Source of the DNA: Octopus vulgaris
Taxonomy: Eukaryota
Assembly (NCBI GenBank): GCA_951406725.2
Contig: OX597830.1
Location: forward strand, 2,046,001 to 2,110,000
Direction: 5' to 3'
Length of the DNA: 64,000 bases
Shown: positions 25,888 through 39,792 of the stretch, piece after piece
How positions within the stretch are numbered: position 1 is the stretch's first letter
Layout: the number at the start of each line of letters is the position of its first letter
Notes under the pieces: model-generated
What the model saw: only the letters and a program-made list of their open reading frames with translations
What the model was told of the DNA's origin: nothing
Databases searched by the model: none
Position numbers and translations under genes: made by a program

Positions 25888-28409
25888 GCAATACATATGT
25901 AGAAATATAGGCAGTCTTTTCTATAGCAGTTGAGTAATGGTGTTCCAGCAGTATTTAGCATTCGGCACCATTTGTTGTACAAAAATTGTAGGGTTTATTG
26001 TTTATTAAAGAACATTTCCGTACATTTTATTTTCTCTTTTAGGAGAAAGTATATCGTAATTTTCTTTAATGACCAAATGTAGGAAACCATAGGAATTTGT
26101 ACATTTCAGTCAGGATTTCAAAACAAATGTTTAAGTATAAACTTTACATTTAAAGAGATTTTGTGACATCGTTATTAAAGGTAAGTATATAATGGTATTC
26201 TACATCATCAGCCAAGTAGTCTACGAGCAGTTGTTGGTATTATTATTGTTACATAAGATTCTGTGTGATTGCATAGTGGTTTCGTTCTATTTGCTATGCT
26301 TGGAAGTCTAACAGGAGAAATTACGACTGATGGAATATAATAAGTTGATAGATTTTTTTTTAAAGATCTGTTGAATAATTATAATTTAACAAGGAAACGG
26401 TTTTTGTGGAGATTAAAGTTGCTTTGATGTCTCAACTGAATCGGGATGAGAAGCATGTCATTTTATTTATTCGATTTTTGTTTGTATTAGGGTCGAAGCT
26501 GAAGGCCGTGGTGTGAAATCTGTTATCGTTAAAGCCACCTCTTGTTAAGTTTTCCTTCTAGTATTAAGTTGTATTACAGAAAACCTCCTCGTTCGCTTAA
26601 CGTTTATTTAGCTTCTGCGAGATGACTGGAATCAAGATATGAACTATATGTATGCGATGGTTAAAGATTCTGTAGATTTCATTCATTTATTGATTAGGTT
26701 TGTCACGTGGTTAACAAAAGGTAAGGAAAGCGTCCATGGCAACAACGGAATTGCTTGCTCTTATAAGATGAGCTTCGGTATTTATTTGGAAACGGAATTC
26801 TTGCAGAAATTGTAATTTTTCCATTCCTGAAGCAAACACGTGTGTGTGGGTTAACATTAGTCAGTGTGATAAAGATTAACCGTGTTTCCAATAAAGCACG
26901 TATTTATTGTAAGTTTTTAAGGGTGACTAGTATTCTTCACTCATAAATTTTGTTTATATCTGACGATCGTTTTGTAGATTTGTAGAATGATTTCCATTTT
27001 GTTATCTGTAGTATTTGTGATAGACATTCTGACATGGATTACCTCTGCTATTCTATGTATATGCTTGTTTTTATATTTATTGTGTTTCGATGCATTTGTA
27101 TGTGAGCATGTGTGTGTGTGTGCGTGTGTGTGTATGTGTGTGTATGTGTGTGTGTGTGGTACTTACAGGATGAATACAAATTTGGCGTCGATGTGTCTGA
27201 TCAAATTCCTTCGAGCCTGCAACAATCGACTTTTCGGTTCATCTCTGGATTCGATAAAAACAAAATCTGTAAATCTGTCAAGTTCTGAGGTTGATTGACT
27301 CAACTTTACCTCCTCCCCTGTTCCTCCCTCGCATTCTCTTATTCCATCACCTCCCCTTCCCCCCTCACCCGTTCTTGTCTTGTCTCTACTGTGTAAGGGA
27401 TCAGCGAAATATTTGAAGCACCGGCTCGTAGACTCTTTACAATGCTGGACAAATAGTATTTCCATTTCGCCCTTCCAGTACTAAGAAAATTATTCTCGGA
27501 TCTTGTTGTTGTTGTTGTTGTTGTTTAGTTGCAGATTAGTTCTGATCCCTTAGGTCATCTGTCAAACTGGATGCTATGATTTCAGAGACGATTTAACTGA
27601 ATCTACATTGACTAGAAAACCTTACTTTCTTAAAATGGAAGTGTATTACTGGAGGGGTATTCGAGTGCTATCTGATCAGTTAGCGATCCTTCAGTCAGTT
27701 AATGTATTGTGTCAAATAACCACAAAACATTTAGCCTCCGAAAATCAGATAACGAAAAACTCTTCACAAGCTGACTCATACGACGAAATAATTGAGGGTT
27801 TCTTATCACAAGATACACACAAAACCTGATATAACGAAGTAGTAGAAATATTACTTTGTTTGGGGTAACAACAACAAATAGACACGATCTTCGTTACTGG
27901 ACAATGCTGTCGAGTAACCTAGTTCTAGTTTCACTTCAATTTCCAATGTCACTTGGAACACCGAATATTTAGATATGACTATATTATGACACTGAAAGTC
28001 AATGAATTGTGTGACCAAGGAGGGTACAATTCTTTCTGCTCGTGTTTTTAGGATACGGAAAAAAACAATCTCTTCCTTTAGAGACCCGAAAACTTTCTTA
28101 AATTTATGGTGTAGTACACAGGAGACAGAGAAAGCTTTGAAAGTGTTACCGAAAGTTTGTTATTAAATTAGCAATAGCGAAGGGCCAGAATATTCCTTAA
28201 CGTTTCCTACAAAAAAGATTTTTAAGAGCAATTTTAGCTGCACTTCTTTTTTTTTGCACCATTTTCCTTAGAATCAGCGACCAATCGGCAATTTTCTGTT
28301 ACAAATACCTACAATAAAATTTAGGCGCAAATTACTCACCGGCACCTGTCTGTAAGGGAATAACCCTAAATGTTTCTGGGAGTATTTATTTTCTTGAATA
28401 TCATTTATT

Positions 28410-28634
28410 TACTCTTTTTCTCTTTTACTCTTTTACTTGTTTCAGTCATTTGACTGCGGCCATGCTGGAGCACCGCCTTTAGTCGAGCAAATCGACCCCG
28501 GGACTTATTCTTTGTAAGCCCAGTACTTATTCTATTGGTCTCTTTTGCCAAACCGCTAAGTGACGGGGACATAAGCACACCAGCATCGGTTGTCAAGCAA
28601 TGCTAGGGGGACAAACACAGACACACAAACACAT

Positions 28635-28709
<75 letters not shown>

Positions 28710-28855
28710 TTTCCGTCTACCAAATCCACTCACAAGGCATTGGTCGGCCCCGGGCTATAGCAGAAGACACATGCCCAAGATGCCACGCAGTGGGACTGAA
28801 CCCGGAACCATGTGGTTGGTTAGCAAGCTACTTACCACACATCCACTCCTGCGCC
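28410..28855 (-). mobile_element. SINE family A
   Basis: Reverse complement of 1765-2189. Confidence 0.9.
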
Positions 28856-28994
28856 TATAATTATTATTCATTACATAAGAGCTAAAACAATCCCAAAAGC
28901 CACTTCTACCGTTTTTTGAAATCAGCGTATGAGTTCAACGGATTTCTTATGAGCTAACAAGATGGGTTGAGTTTAACTCTAGGCGCGATAAGAC

Positions 28995-29051
28995 CCACCG
29001 ATGAGAATTAAGATGCTCTAGCATCGAAATTCGAAATCACCGGGGATCTGG
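28995..29051 (+). ncRNA. HHR-like motif with extended stem II
   Basis: cca-CCGATGA-GAATT-aa-GATGCT-ct-AGCATC-ga-AATTC-GAA-ATCACCGGGGAT-C-tgg. Confidence 0.55.
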
Positions 29052-29633
29052 CTATGTCCGTTAGGGAACTTGTCTCTGTGCATCTGTGGCTGTTGGGTTG
29101 TTTTTACTCTTATTTCTAGAAATTTTGGTAAATATATGTGGGTGTGTGTGAGTATTGATTATAATGAAGGAAGACTATCATTGATAGTGACTTCGAAGTT
29201 TCAACTGAAGCCATCGCCTGAATGGCAGAAGAACGTTTGCTTAATTGGCCGATATTTCCAAGTCACTGCCAAATATTCTTGCTTAAAAATAATAAATGTG
29301 AACTCTGCAAAAGCATAGAGTAACCCATCAGATGAATGTAACATTGTTTTTATTGTAATTGAACATAAAAATATATCCCCACCACTACTACATATATGTA
29401 TGCATGCATGTTGGTAGGCTTACATTGTATACATGCATATCTGAGAGAGAGATGAAGAGAGAGAATGTGCTTGTTGGTAAGAAGAAGGGCATTAACGAAC
29501 TATCACAAATACAGTAAAATATATTGATTTATTTGTACATTGTTTTATATAACTATAAATCTGTAAACTGGTATAAAAATAATATTAAACACATATTCAC
29601 ATTCACGCACACGAATGCATACAAATATACACC

Positions 29634-29751
29634 TAAGGTGACTAATACAAATGAGGATCTATACATACATCTGTATTTCTTCATATATATCTTTCTATCT
29701 CTTTCCATCTATCTATCTCATTGTCCCTCCCCCCTCTCTCTTTCTCTCTTG

Positions 29752-29792
<41 letters not shown>

Positions 29793-29834
29793 GAGAGAGA
29801 GAGAGAGAAATCCTCATTTGTATTAGTCACCTTA
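29634..29834. mobile_element. Small MITE-like element: 25-bp inverted repeats around microsatellite
   Basis: TAAGGTGACTAATACAAATGAGGAT and ATCCTCATTTGTATTAGTCACCTTA. Confidence 0.6.
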
Positions 29835-30543
29835 CTTAAAAAAAAAACAAAAGAAAAATATCTTAACCTGCGTCCCACCATCGTAGACTCTAAAACACTG
29901 CATCAAGTGTGTATGGCGGCAGAAGAACATGGCGGGAAAATGTCTGCTTTTCATGTTTCGCTTCAGTTTAATGTAAGACATAATTGAATAGGCGAAGTTT
30001 TAATGTCCATTGTTAGCAGACTTATGCCATAACATTAGAATAATAAAAGACTTAGAATGTCAGAGGAAAGCTTCAGGTGGAAATTATGTCTGATGTTTTG
30101 GAACAATTCAAGTTAGAATCAAACAAAAAGACAAACAAAATCCAATATAATCGATTTAAACTGGGCCCGAGGGAGAGATGTTCTTTGTTAAGAAAAAAGA
30201 ATATATAAATATTACAAATGAATAAAAGCAGACTTTTTATTTTTAAATTATACAATTTATGAATGCAAAATAAATAAAATTTATAAAAGAAATTAAAGAA
30301 AAAGACAAATAAGGAGAGAGGGGAAGAGAGAAAGAAAGATATGGTGAGAGAGAAAAAGGAGAGAGGGGGAGTGAGGGATAGAAGAAGAGAAAGGAAGAAA
30401 GAATGTGTAAGAAATTTGAGCATAAGGGTAACTGATGTTGGCTGATGCCGAATCTTTCCTGTTTGCATAGCTACAACAGTAACATTTTGTAGTTTTTATT
30501 TGAGTCAAACTAATAATAAGAAAAAATAAAATAATAATAACTA

Positions 30544-30629
<86 letters not shown>

Positions 30630-30719
30630 TAATAATAATAATAATAATGACGGTGATGAACTTTATTTGCTACTATCATGGAAACTCTCAGGTGCAAGAA
30701 TAGCTTGACCATAATAACT

Positions 30720-31870
30720 ATCCTTTCCTAGATCTCTTCTCTAGGTTACAGCCATCTATAGATATTAGAATATCTCAAAAGGGCAATTCCCACTATTTTC
30801 ACCCATCTCTCAAAACATTCACATAGGAGCCAATATTTTGATGATCATTGCTCCCATTCTGCCAATATTCCCAGTTTCTGGAAATTTTCTATAGTCACAT
30901 GACTGGAAAACCACTGGAAAAAACTGTCAGCTTGATTTTCCTTGAAGTCCAGAATTTCTTAAAGAATGTCATCACTCTCACCAATCACTAACTTACATTG
31001 ATAAGTTATACTGCCTGCCTTGTTAGCTGACTGGAAGACAATTGTGGGAACTGATCAACATTCTCGACAATAGTTATCCGATCCGGGTCAACATTTGATC
31101 CATATGTGCAATTCAGGCGATGCAGTAACTGGCAGTATATCGTGCCTCACAAGTGGCCCCTCACGCCTTGTCACTGTTCAAGAATCTTTGCTCATGGGAC
31201 AATCTTAATACATCACAAGGCACTACAACCTGATCAGTTGAAAACTGAAACAACTATTCAGAATCACAACCTCTACATTGTCGGGTAACTTCCTCTCAGT
31301 CGATGTCGTCGTGTGTCAAGCCGTGTTCACAATAATTTTACCCAGTTATATTCCATGTGAAGGGTTTATTGAGCAAGACTCCATTTCAACAGGACTTTCG
31401 GCCAATCCACGAAACAACTGATTATGGCTTTACTTCAACAAACGTTCAGCTACAAACCCACTGACTTTTCTTCGTTAATGTATATATCGATTACAATCTG
31501 GTATTTATTCAGTTCAGGGATGATCATTTCGATTTCTGTAGTATCCGATGCCATAGGAGAGGTGTCTGTGATCTAATTTAACCTGGTCTTCTCATACATA
31601 AGTGAGAGAGGGTTTTTCCCTGAACATCTCTAAATTCAGCAGAGCTGGATCAAGAGGCAGAGTATACAGCAGCCATGAGGCTGAGTACCTTTCATGGTTG
31701 GATTATAATGATGTGAAAAGTTTCCAGTAAAAATTAATCTAATGAGAAGATTCCATTGAAGTAAATCATCTTCAGAAAATGTAAAACAACTGGCTACGCT
31801 AAGTATTAGGGGTCAAACATTGTCGTTACTGCTAAGGACTGGTAGACAAGCATATCAAATGTTTTGGTTT
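30720..31870 (+). pseudogene. Possible heavily decayed LINE reverse-transcriptase region
   Basis: IPSFWKFSIVT resembles the P..WK...I motif; many stops and frameshifts. Confidence 0.3.
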
Positions 31871-32629
31871 GAAACAAAGAAATCTGAGGTTTCTGACTTC
31901 AGAGAGTTTATTCGTTCTTTACACTTTCCGAAAGTGCTTCACACTTCTTAGTTACGAAATGTGTAGAAACGACAATGTACGAATCTTGTACACAAAGATG
32001 AAAGCTGTCGTTTCTATAGCCAAGACGTTTTAATCTTTAGCAACACTATTTACAAATATAATAGTCTCTTCAACAGCAATTTATTGAGAGAAAATGTTTC
32101 TAGAACTAAATTATCTACTGCAGTCTCTCTTTAAGTCACACTAAATTGTACTTTCAATGTTAAGAAATACAGATAAGTCAGTGCAAATCTGATCATTTGT
32201 AGTCTGGGTCTATTGTTCGATGTGACATGTTTTGTGAAATTACAAGCGTATTGTGTTGTTAGTGGTGGTGGCGGTGGTGGTGTTAGTGGTGATGGTGGTG
32301 GTGGTGTTATTATTTAACCCTACTTCAGTTCTAATTCACCAAACGTATAATCAAAGACATTTTAACTACGAAGAGATATTTTGCATTAAATGCAAAGTAT
32401 TTCTTTCTAATGTTACACCAACCAAAGTGGTATGTGATTCCAGGTTTGTGGACTGCTATTTCTAGTAGAGTGAGTAACCACATAGAGGTTTCCTTGATGC
32501 ACCTGTAACAGGTGGTATTTTTAATGTTTCTTTTTTGCCTTTCACTTTTATCGGTCGTTCCATTCTGTTTACCCAATTTAATCGTTGCTGCTAATATTGT
32601 TACTGATGCTGTAGTTAGAGCTGATGTTA

Positions 32630-32659
32630 AGTAGTAGCAGCAGCAACAGTATTAGTAAC

Positions 32660-32748
<89 letters not shown>

Positions 32749-32758
32749 TATTAGTAAC

Positions 32759-32798
<40 letters not shown>
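32630..32798. repeat. (AGT)n/(AGC)n microsatellite with internal duplication
   Basis: CAGCAACAGTATTAGTAACAG occurs twice. Confidence 0.9.
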
Positions 32799-35063
32799 AG
32801 CGTTGCTGTTGTTGTTTAATCCGCACACTGACCTTAATATAGCATCAGACTTCTGATTAACGATAATCCGTTATTGATCATTCAGTTTTTTTTTGTTTTA
32901 GGCATAGGGTATCAAAGACAACACCAACCTGCGTGTGCTTCCTTTTTGTAATTGCCACGGTGGAACTCTTAGAGGTTTCTGCTGCTGCGACCTCCTTCAA
33001 CGTTGCTATGATTGTGTTATTCTAAATTAGTTGGAATCAAGCAGATCCAAACTTACAAAGTTGTTTTTGTTGTTGACAATGAAGGTCAAAACTTAACCAA
33101 AAGACTTCGATGCCTTAGATTCAGATTGAATGAATAAAGAATATATTACCTGGTCTGCTCTTCCTTTTTGCGATGGCAGGATGTGAGCTGAAGGATATTT
33201 GGATTTTTCTTGTAGAGAAATTTACTGCATAACGTTTCCCAGGGTGGGCCATACTCTTCTCTTACTTGACAAACAAATTTAAAGTGGGTAGAAAACCCAA
33301 ACCCAATCTCGAAAATTTTCTAAACTAGTATTTCACAGTTCGTTAATCATAATCACTTGCATAGAGCAACACAGGAAACCTTAGAAGTTTTCCTTTGGAT
33401 AAGTTTGTCTGCCATGTGGAGAGGAGAAATCTTATGTATCGGGACCGACTTTTCATCTCCGAGGGAAGAAGAAGAAAAAAAAACACAATCTCTCTCTCTC
33501 GAGACAAATAGTTAGTTCCGAAAGATTCCTTTCTAAACATAACCAAACGTTATATCCAAATCAATCAACTTCGTTGCAGGGTTTCCTAAAATCGATTTTC
33601 CAACCAGATTTCCTTATTTCACATAACACAACTAAAAGAAAGGCGAAATTTGAAAACTGTGATGTTATGTCACTCAAAACCTTTGACTCTTAAGCTCGAT
33701 ACTTTAACCATTGAGCTAACCTGCTTCACCTAAAGGGAAAAAAATTAAACAGAAGGCAGTTACAATAAATATTGAACGAATTTGAGTAGCATATGTTTCT
33801 TTGGGGGGGGGATCTTAGAGAAAAATATTTCAACTAAACGTAATAAATTTAAAAGATAAATTCACAAATCTTTTCTAATGTTAAATTCTTGTTTTCTCTC
33901 TTTCCGTCTGCGTCTCTCTGTTTTCTGTTTGTAATTCATGGTAAATACATAATTGAATTTCATGTCAGAGCGGTAGAATTGACAATTCAGCAATATGCGG
34001 TTTTTACACCTAAACTTACCCTGTTCACTGAAAACAATAGTATGACACCATCTCATGATGTAATTCGAGGCAGTTTTTAACTTTAATATACTTTTGCACA
34101 AAACACATGAAAAGCACAAAGAAAAAAATAGGACTTAGATCTTGAAATTCGAGAAAATTAACACGAAGCAAACAAATATATATTTTACTTTAAAATGAAA
34201 GAATAAAATGCTTGAAAATCTATGAAAATAATAATATAAATGACAAAAGAACAAATCTGACAAGAATTCAGAATGATTCTCCATCTCTCTTTGTTCTCCT
34301 TTTCTTCTCTCTTCCCCCATTCTTTCTGTCTCTCACCCTCTCTTTGTTTCTTTTCCTTGTCTTTTTCTTTCCCCGCGTCTCTCACTGACTCTCTCCAACA
34401 ATGCGATAAATATAAAAACAAAAACAAAAATAAAATTGTTAATTAACGAAAGCAGAGAATACCCATGAAGTCATACCTTTCATTCTATAGGGGAAGTAGC
34501 TGTCACGTGACAGGAAGTGCAAGTAAAATAGCACAAGATATTTATTTTTCTTCAGATTACAAAATTATTGTTTTACGTGTCGAGAAGTCATTGTTATCTC
34601 ATTAAAGAATACATAGAATGACACAAAACAGAACTGATATCAAATAAATACTCAGGGATTCACTCATTCAACTTCGATATCTTCTTTGATATTTTCCTAA
34701 ACAGGGATTAGAATTTCACATCATGAATCCGATCTTCTATTTCAAAGAATCCCATCTGCCCGCTTATCAAAGTTTAAAATGTTAAAACCACTTCAGGAAT
34801 CACAGAAATAAATATTATCGATTCTTCACACTGATTTATCTCATTCTCAATGAAACCTAAAGTTATTGCAGGTAAATTTTGCCAAAAAATCAAAGAGCTT
34901 TGACATCTTTCTGTTGTTCTACTCACTCCGAACACCACTAAGTGCACGGAAGCGAGAACTAGGTAACGACAAAAATATACACACTTAAAACAACCTTAGA
35001 TTAAAGTACCAGTGTGTTTAACATTTGTGCGTATCGAAACGTGGAACGTAGCTAGCAAGTTAC

Positions 35064-35064
<1 letters not shown>

Positions 35065-35153
<89 letters not shown>

Positions 35154-35156
35154 GGA

Positions 35157-35188
<32 letters not shown>

Positions 35189-35210
35189 TAGGTATATAGA
35201 TAGATAGATA
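35065..35210. repeat. (GATA)n array
   Basis: Direct reading. Confidence 0.95.
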
Positions 35211-35284
35211 GTGATTTTCAACATTTATATGCTCATAAATATTATATATACAAGAATTTTAATCTTATGCTGTTCCATGTGCAT

Positions 35285-35680
35285 ATTTTAGTTTCAAAAT
35301 TTGGCACAAAACCAACAGCTCCAGAGAAGGTGTTAAGTGGATTACATCATCCCCAGTGCACAACTGGTACGTATTTTATGGACCTCGAAAAGATTGACCT
35401 CTGGCAGAATTTGAACTGTAGGAACGGACGAAATGCTGCAAAACATTTTACCTGTGCTAACGATTCTGCGACATCGCCACCTTTGTTTCATATTTTGGCA
35501 AAAGACCAACAATATATGGTTAGGGGAGCAAATTGGTTACTTCACCCCCAGTGTTCAGCTGGTACCTATTTTATCGACCCTGGCCCCGATGGGATTTGAA
35601 CTCAAAATGTAAAGATGGACGTAATGCTACTACTTTATTTGGCCCAGTGTTCTAGCGATTCTGCCAGCTCACTGCCCTAT
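35285..35680 (-). mobile_element. Two adjacent decayed SINE B-related copies
   Basis: CCCCAGTG...CTGGTAC.TATTTTAT.GACC and GATTCTGC motifs occur twice and match SINE B. Confidence 0.6.
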
Positions 35681-36468
35681 TTCATGTACATATAATTATA
35701 CAAAATTCTAACCTTGATAGCTTCTGTACAAATTAAGTGAATGCCTTGTTTACCGGACAAAGTTAAAGTCAGTTTAAGTCAGAACACCACTGAGGAGACT
35801 AAATCATGTCGATACATTGATTCTGGAAATCCAGTGAAGTCCTGAGTGAAGTTCTGTGTCTTTTCTCTTTCCGATGTTTCTCTCAGATAAAACACTTCTG
35901 CTCATGTGTTGCACGTTTGTGTTTTTAATATATAAGCTGAACACACCAGTATTTTATATAAAAACTCATCAGGTTATATTGTTAGATGAAATGGCAGAAT
36001 AATAATTTCGTCAGAAAATATGCTTTGCGGTATTTAGAAGCATAATTTTTTTATGCTAACTTGAAATCATATTATAATGGGCGTTATGTCCGCCTGTCTG
36101 TTCCCTCTTCACAGTTAAACGGCTGGACTTAATAAATCCTTAAAAAATCCTTTAAAATGTTTTAGCCCGAAGGCCGCGGCCATATTTTTGGGGATTTCAA
36201 GGGAGGTAATCAGGAAGGTTTTTAGAGAAGAAAATGCGAAAAAATATGATTATTTCGCGGATATTGAATTTTGTATTTATAGATCACCTTTCGTTTTTTT
36301 TTTTTTGTTAAAATTCTGGAAACGAGGATTAACTCTGGATTTCCCCACCGTATAGTTCATGAATTTAGAGGGTTTTGATTTGCGAAACAATCCCTTTATT
36401 TCCCATCATAGTTGGCAGATTTGCTATCTTACTATAATGGGCGTTATGACTGTCTTCTCCATCTCTTT

Positions 36469-36692
36469 GTCTCTTCGGTGTAGTGATTAAGAGCACGGGT
36501 TACTAACCCCAAGATTCCAAGTTCGATTCCAAGCAGTGACCTGAATAATATCGAAGAATACCTTAGTAATGAGAACCCAGGTTTTAAATTTCCCCAATAC
36601 ACCTGATGAAGGCTGGGGAGTATATCAGCCGTTGTGTTAGTAACAAACAAGATGAGGAGAAATAAACGTCAAATGTAAATAATGTAAATAAT
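36469..36692 (+). mobile_element. tRNA(Ser)-like headed short element with HHR-like 3' part
   Basis: tRNA-like 36469-36540 (B box GTTCGATTC, loop TTACTAA, acceptor-like gtctct/agtgac); cac-CTGATGA-A-GGCTG...CAGCC-gtt-gtg at 36600-36636; tail of two AATGTAAAT repeats. Confidence 0.6.
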
Positions 36693-36927
36693 GGTTACGT
36701 GTTGTATATAATTTTGTGTTATAGATCTGCTTGCTCAGTTCTAAACTGGGAATTAACTGTAACACCACCACCACCACCACCACCAACACCACCGCCAACA
36801 CCACCAACACCACCGCCACCGCCGCCACCACCACCACCACCACCACCACTACCATTACCACCTCTAATATCATCATTATCATCATTGTCATCAACGCTTC
36901 AACCATTACCACTGCTGTCATCGGCAC

Positions 36928-36963
<36 letters not shown>

Positions 36964-37168
36964 GTTCATCAACACCTATCTTCACCATAATTATAATCAA
37001 TTCTTTGTAGGGTTTAACTGATGTTAAATTCCCATTCATCTTTTGGGGACGATAAAACAAAGCACGAGTCAAAGCCAGAGTCAATGTGGCCCCCATCTTG
37101 ACCCCTCAGTGGTGAGTGTCACGCGAGGATTTATGCTTGGTCACAACTACATGAAATGCTGAAAATAG

Positions 37169-37200
<32 letters not shown>

Positions 37201-38102
37201 CATCATCATCATCATGGTACAAGAAGAAGAAGAAGAAGAAGAAGAAGAAGAAGAAGAAGAAGAAGAAGAAGAAGAAGAAGAAAAGGGGAAAGGATGAGGA
37301 AGAGAAAGCAAAGAAAGAGAAGGAGAAATAGAAGGAAGAATGAAGGAAATTTAAGAAAAAAACAACAGACGTAAGACTAAGCGGAAAAACAAATCTGAAT
37401 GATAGTAGCAACAGCAGCAGCATGAGTAGCAGCAGCAGCAGCAGCAGCAGCAGCAATAGTAACTATAGCAAGGACAAGACGAGCAACGGTAACATTTGTA
37501 GGAACTACATCAACAGCGGCAACATCAGCAGCAGCTGTAGATGTTGCCAATTATACTAAATATGATGTCTATGAAATAAGATAGTAGGAGAGATTTGGAA
37601 ATCAGAAGTGAAGCATTATTTTGAGCTAACGAGAAGTTATGGCCGAGTTCTATTGGACTTTATGGCTGGATAATATAACACAGGCATAGTGTTATGGAAT
37701 GGTAAGTGGATATTGTGGCGGCGGCGGCGTCTGAGTTTATTGGAAGACAAGTTTTATAAAGCAAAATTAATGTTCATTTGTAATTACTTATAAAATCCTT
37801 ATAGAGGTTCCTCGGTGGATAGACAATAAATTATGTGTAGATATGTGTGTAGATATACACACAAACATACACGTATATGTGTATGTATATATATATACGT
37901 TTATATATGTGTGTGTGTATATATATATATATACATATATATATGTGTATATATATATATATATATATACACATAAGAATATATGTGTATATATATATAC
38001 ATATATATGTGTGTATATATATATATACATATATATATATATGTGTGTATATATATCTATATACATATATATATGTGTGTACATATATATATATATACAT
38101 AT

Positions 38103-38136
<34 letters not shown>

Positions 38137-38228
38137 GTGTGTATGTATGTATATATATATATACATATATATGTGTGTGTATATATATATATGTGTGTGT
38201 GTGTATATATATATGCATACATATATAT

Positions 38229-38580
38229 GTGGTGCCTAGGACTCCAAACTTGCCATCAAGATGTAGGACAATATTCTGTGATAGCCTGGGCTTCCGAGGC
38301 CCACAGCTCTTCAATATCCTCCCGAAGAACCTGAGAGACCTGCATGGGGTGGATACAGATGTCTTTAAAATGAAGCTGGATCTCTTCCTGTCAGGTGTCC
38401 CAGATGAACCAACTTCACGGCAGGAGGGGCAGATGAGGGCAGCTGCATCGAACTCTCTCATGCACCAAATAGCAGTTGCTGGAAAGCCTTCGTGAAGTGA
38501 AACCAGGTAGCAACACCAAATGGCGGTGCCCCAGCATGGCCACAGCTCATAAGCTGTAACTAGAATCAATCAATCAATCA

Positions 38581-38584
<4 letters not shown>
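38229..38584 (+). mobile_element. CR1-clade LINE 3' fragment
   Basis: [15 protein letters not shown]...FKMKLDLFL; near-copy of 42131-42470; (ATCA)n tail. Confidence 0.85.
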
Positions 38585-38643
<59 letters not shown>

Positions 38644-39299
38644 ATATATATATATATGAATAGTGAAAGAGAGAGAGGGGAAGAGCGAGACAAAGAGACA
38701 GATATAGATATAGATATATATAAGAGACAGATATAGGAGTGAGTGTATTAAATTTCACAATCTCTGAGAGAGGAATCAATACTTTCGTGGTTTAAAATGT
38801 TATTGTTAGAAGTTGGAATCTACATTGCCCCACTGGGACCAGTGAGGGTCTGCCCTTGTGGTCTATATCAATGTACGTACGTATGTATATATAATTATTT
38901 AGTGCTTCATGTGTCATGTCATTTCACCTCACCCAATAAAGATCATATCTTAATTTCTTCTTTACAGGTAGAAATAATGATTAATCAATGCAATGGCTGA
39001 GATAACCTCGCCAATTCCTCTTATTTTTCCTATGCTGCATTCAAGATAAGTCTTTCTTTCCTATAATCTCTTTTCTTATTGTTTAATGCAAATCAGAAAG
39101 TGAAAATCGAAATGTAGTCAAAGTGAATGATTCATTTAAAAAATGTTGTCTATTCTGCTCTTTTTCTATCGCCATACCAGCGAGAAGGTCACAGATGGTA
39201 ATGTTTACATCATTAATGAATTTGATTTTAAGATATTCTTTGAGGTGAGAATAGATCATTAATGTGTATGAAAATTTAATTGAAATACATAAACATATA

Positions 39300-39700
39300 T
39301 ACGAAAGGTACAACCGAAAGGTTCCCGGACAAGTTATGTCTAATAAAAAATAACTTATTTACCTCAGTTTTTAACATAATTTCCTTTGAAATACCCATCT
39401 TATGCAGCAATACACCTGTACCAGCATTCCTGCCACTTTTGGAATATGGCCTTGAAGTCATTTACTGTAAGGGAGTTGAGGATCTTCTGCGATTTGCTCT
39501 AGATCTCGACGGCAGTATTAAAAAGCCACCCTTTCAGTTGCATATTCATCTTGGGGAAGAGATGGAAGTCAGAAGGTACTATATCTAGTGGACAGTGCGA
39601 GTGCAGAAGCGATACCATGTTGTTTTTTGGCGAGAAACTCACGAGTGCCAAGCGCTTGGTGACAGGGTTCACTGTCATCGTGAAGAATCCAGTTCTTCGA
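39300..39700 (-). mobile_element. mariner transposase C-terminal remnant with TIR
   Basis: WILHDD..PCH.AL.TREFLAK and PSDFHLFPKM..QLKG...W..CI with frameshifts; TA|CGA terminus. Confidence 0.75.
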
Positions 39701-39792
39701 TCCGGTCACTTTCGTATGTACATGTACATACATACATGTGTGTGTGTATGCCTACACACGCACACACATACACCACTCCCTCACACACAAAA

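Noticed and set aside
36469-36540. Functional tRNA gene
   Set aside because: Imperfect stems, no long variable arm as expected for tRNA-Ser, and it continues into a repeat body; treated as a SINE head
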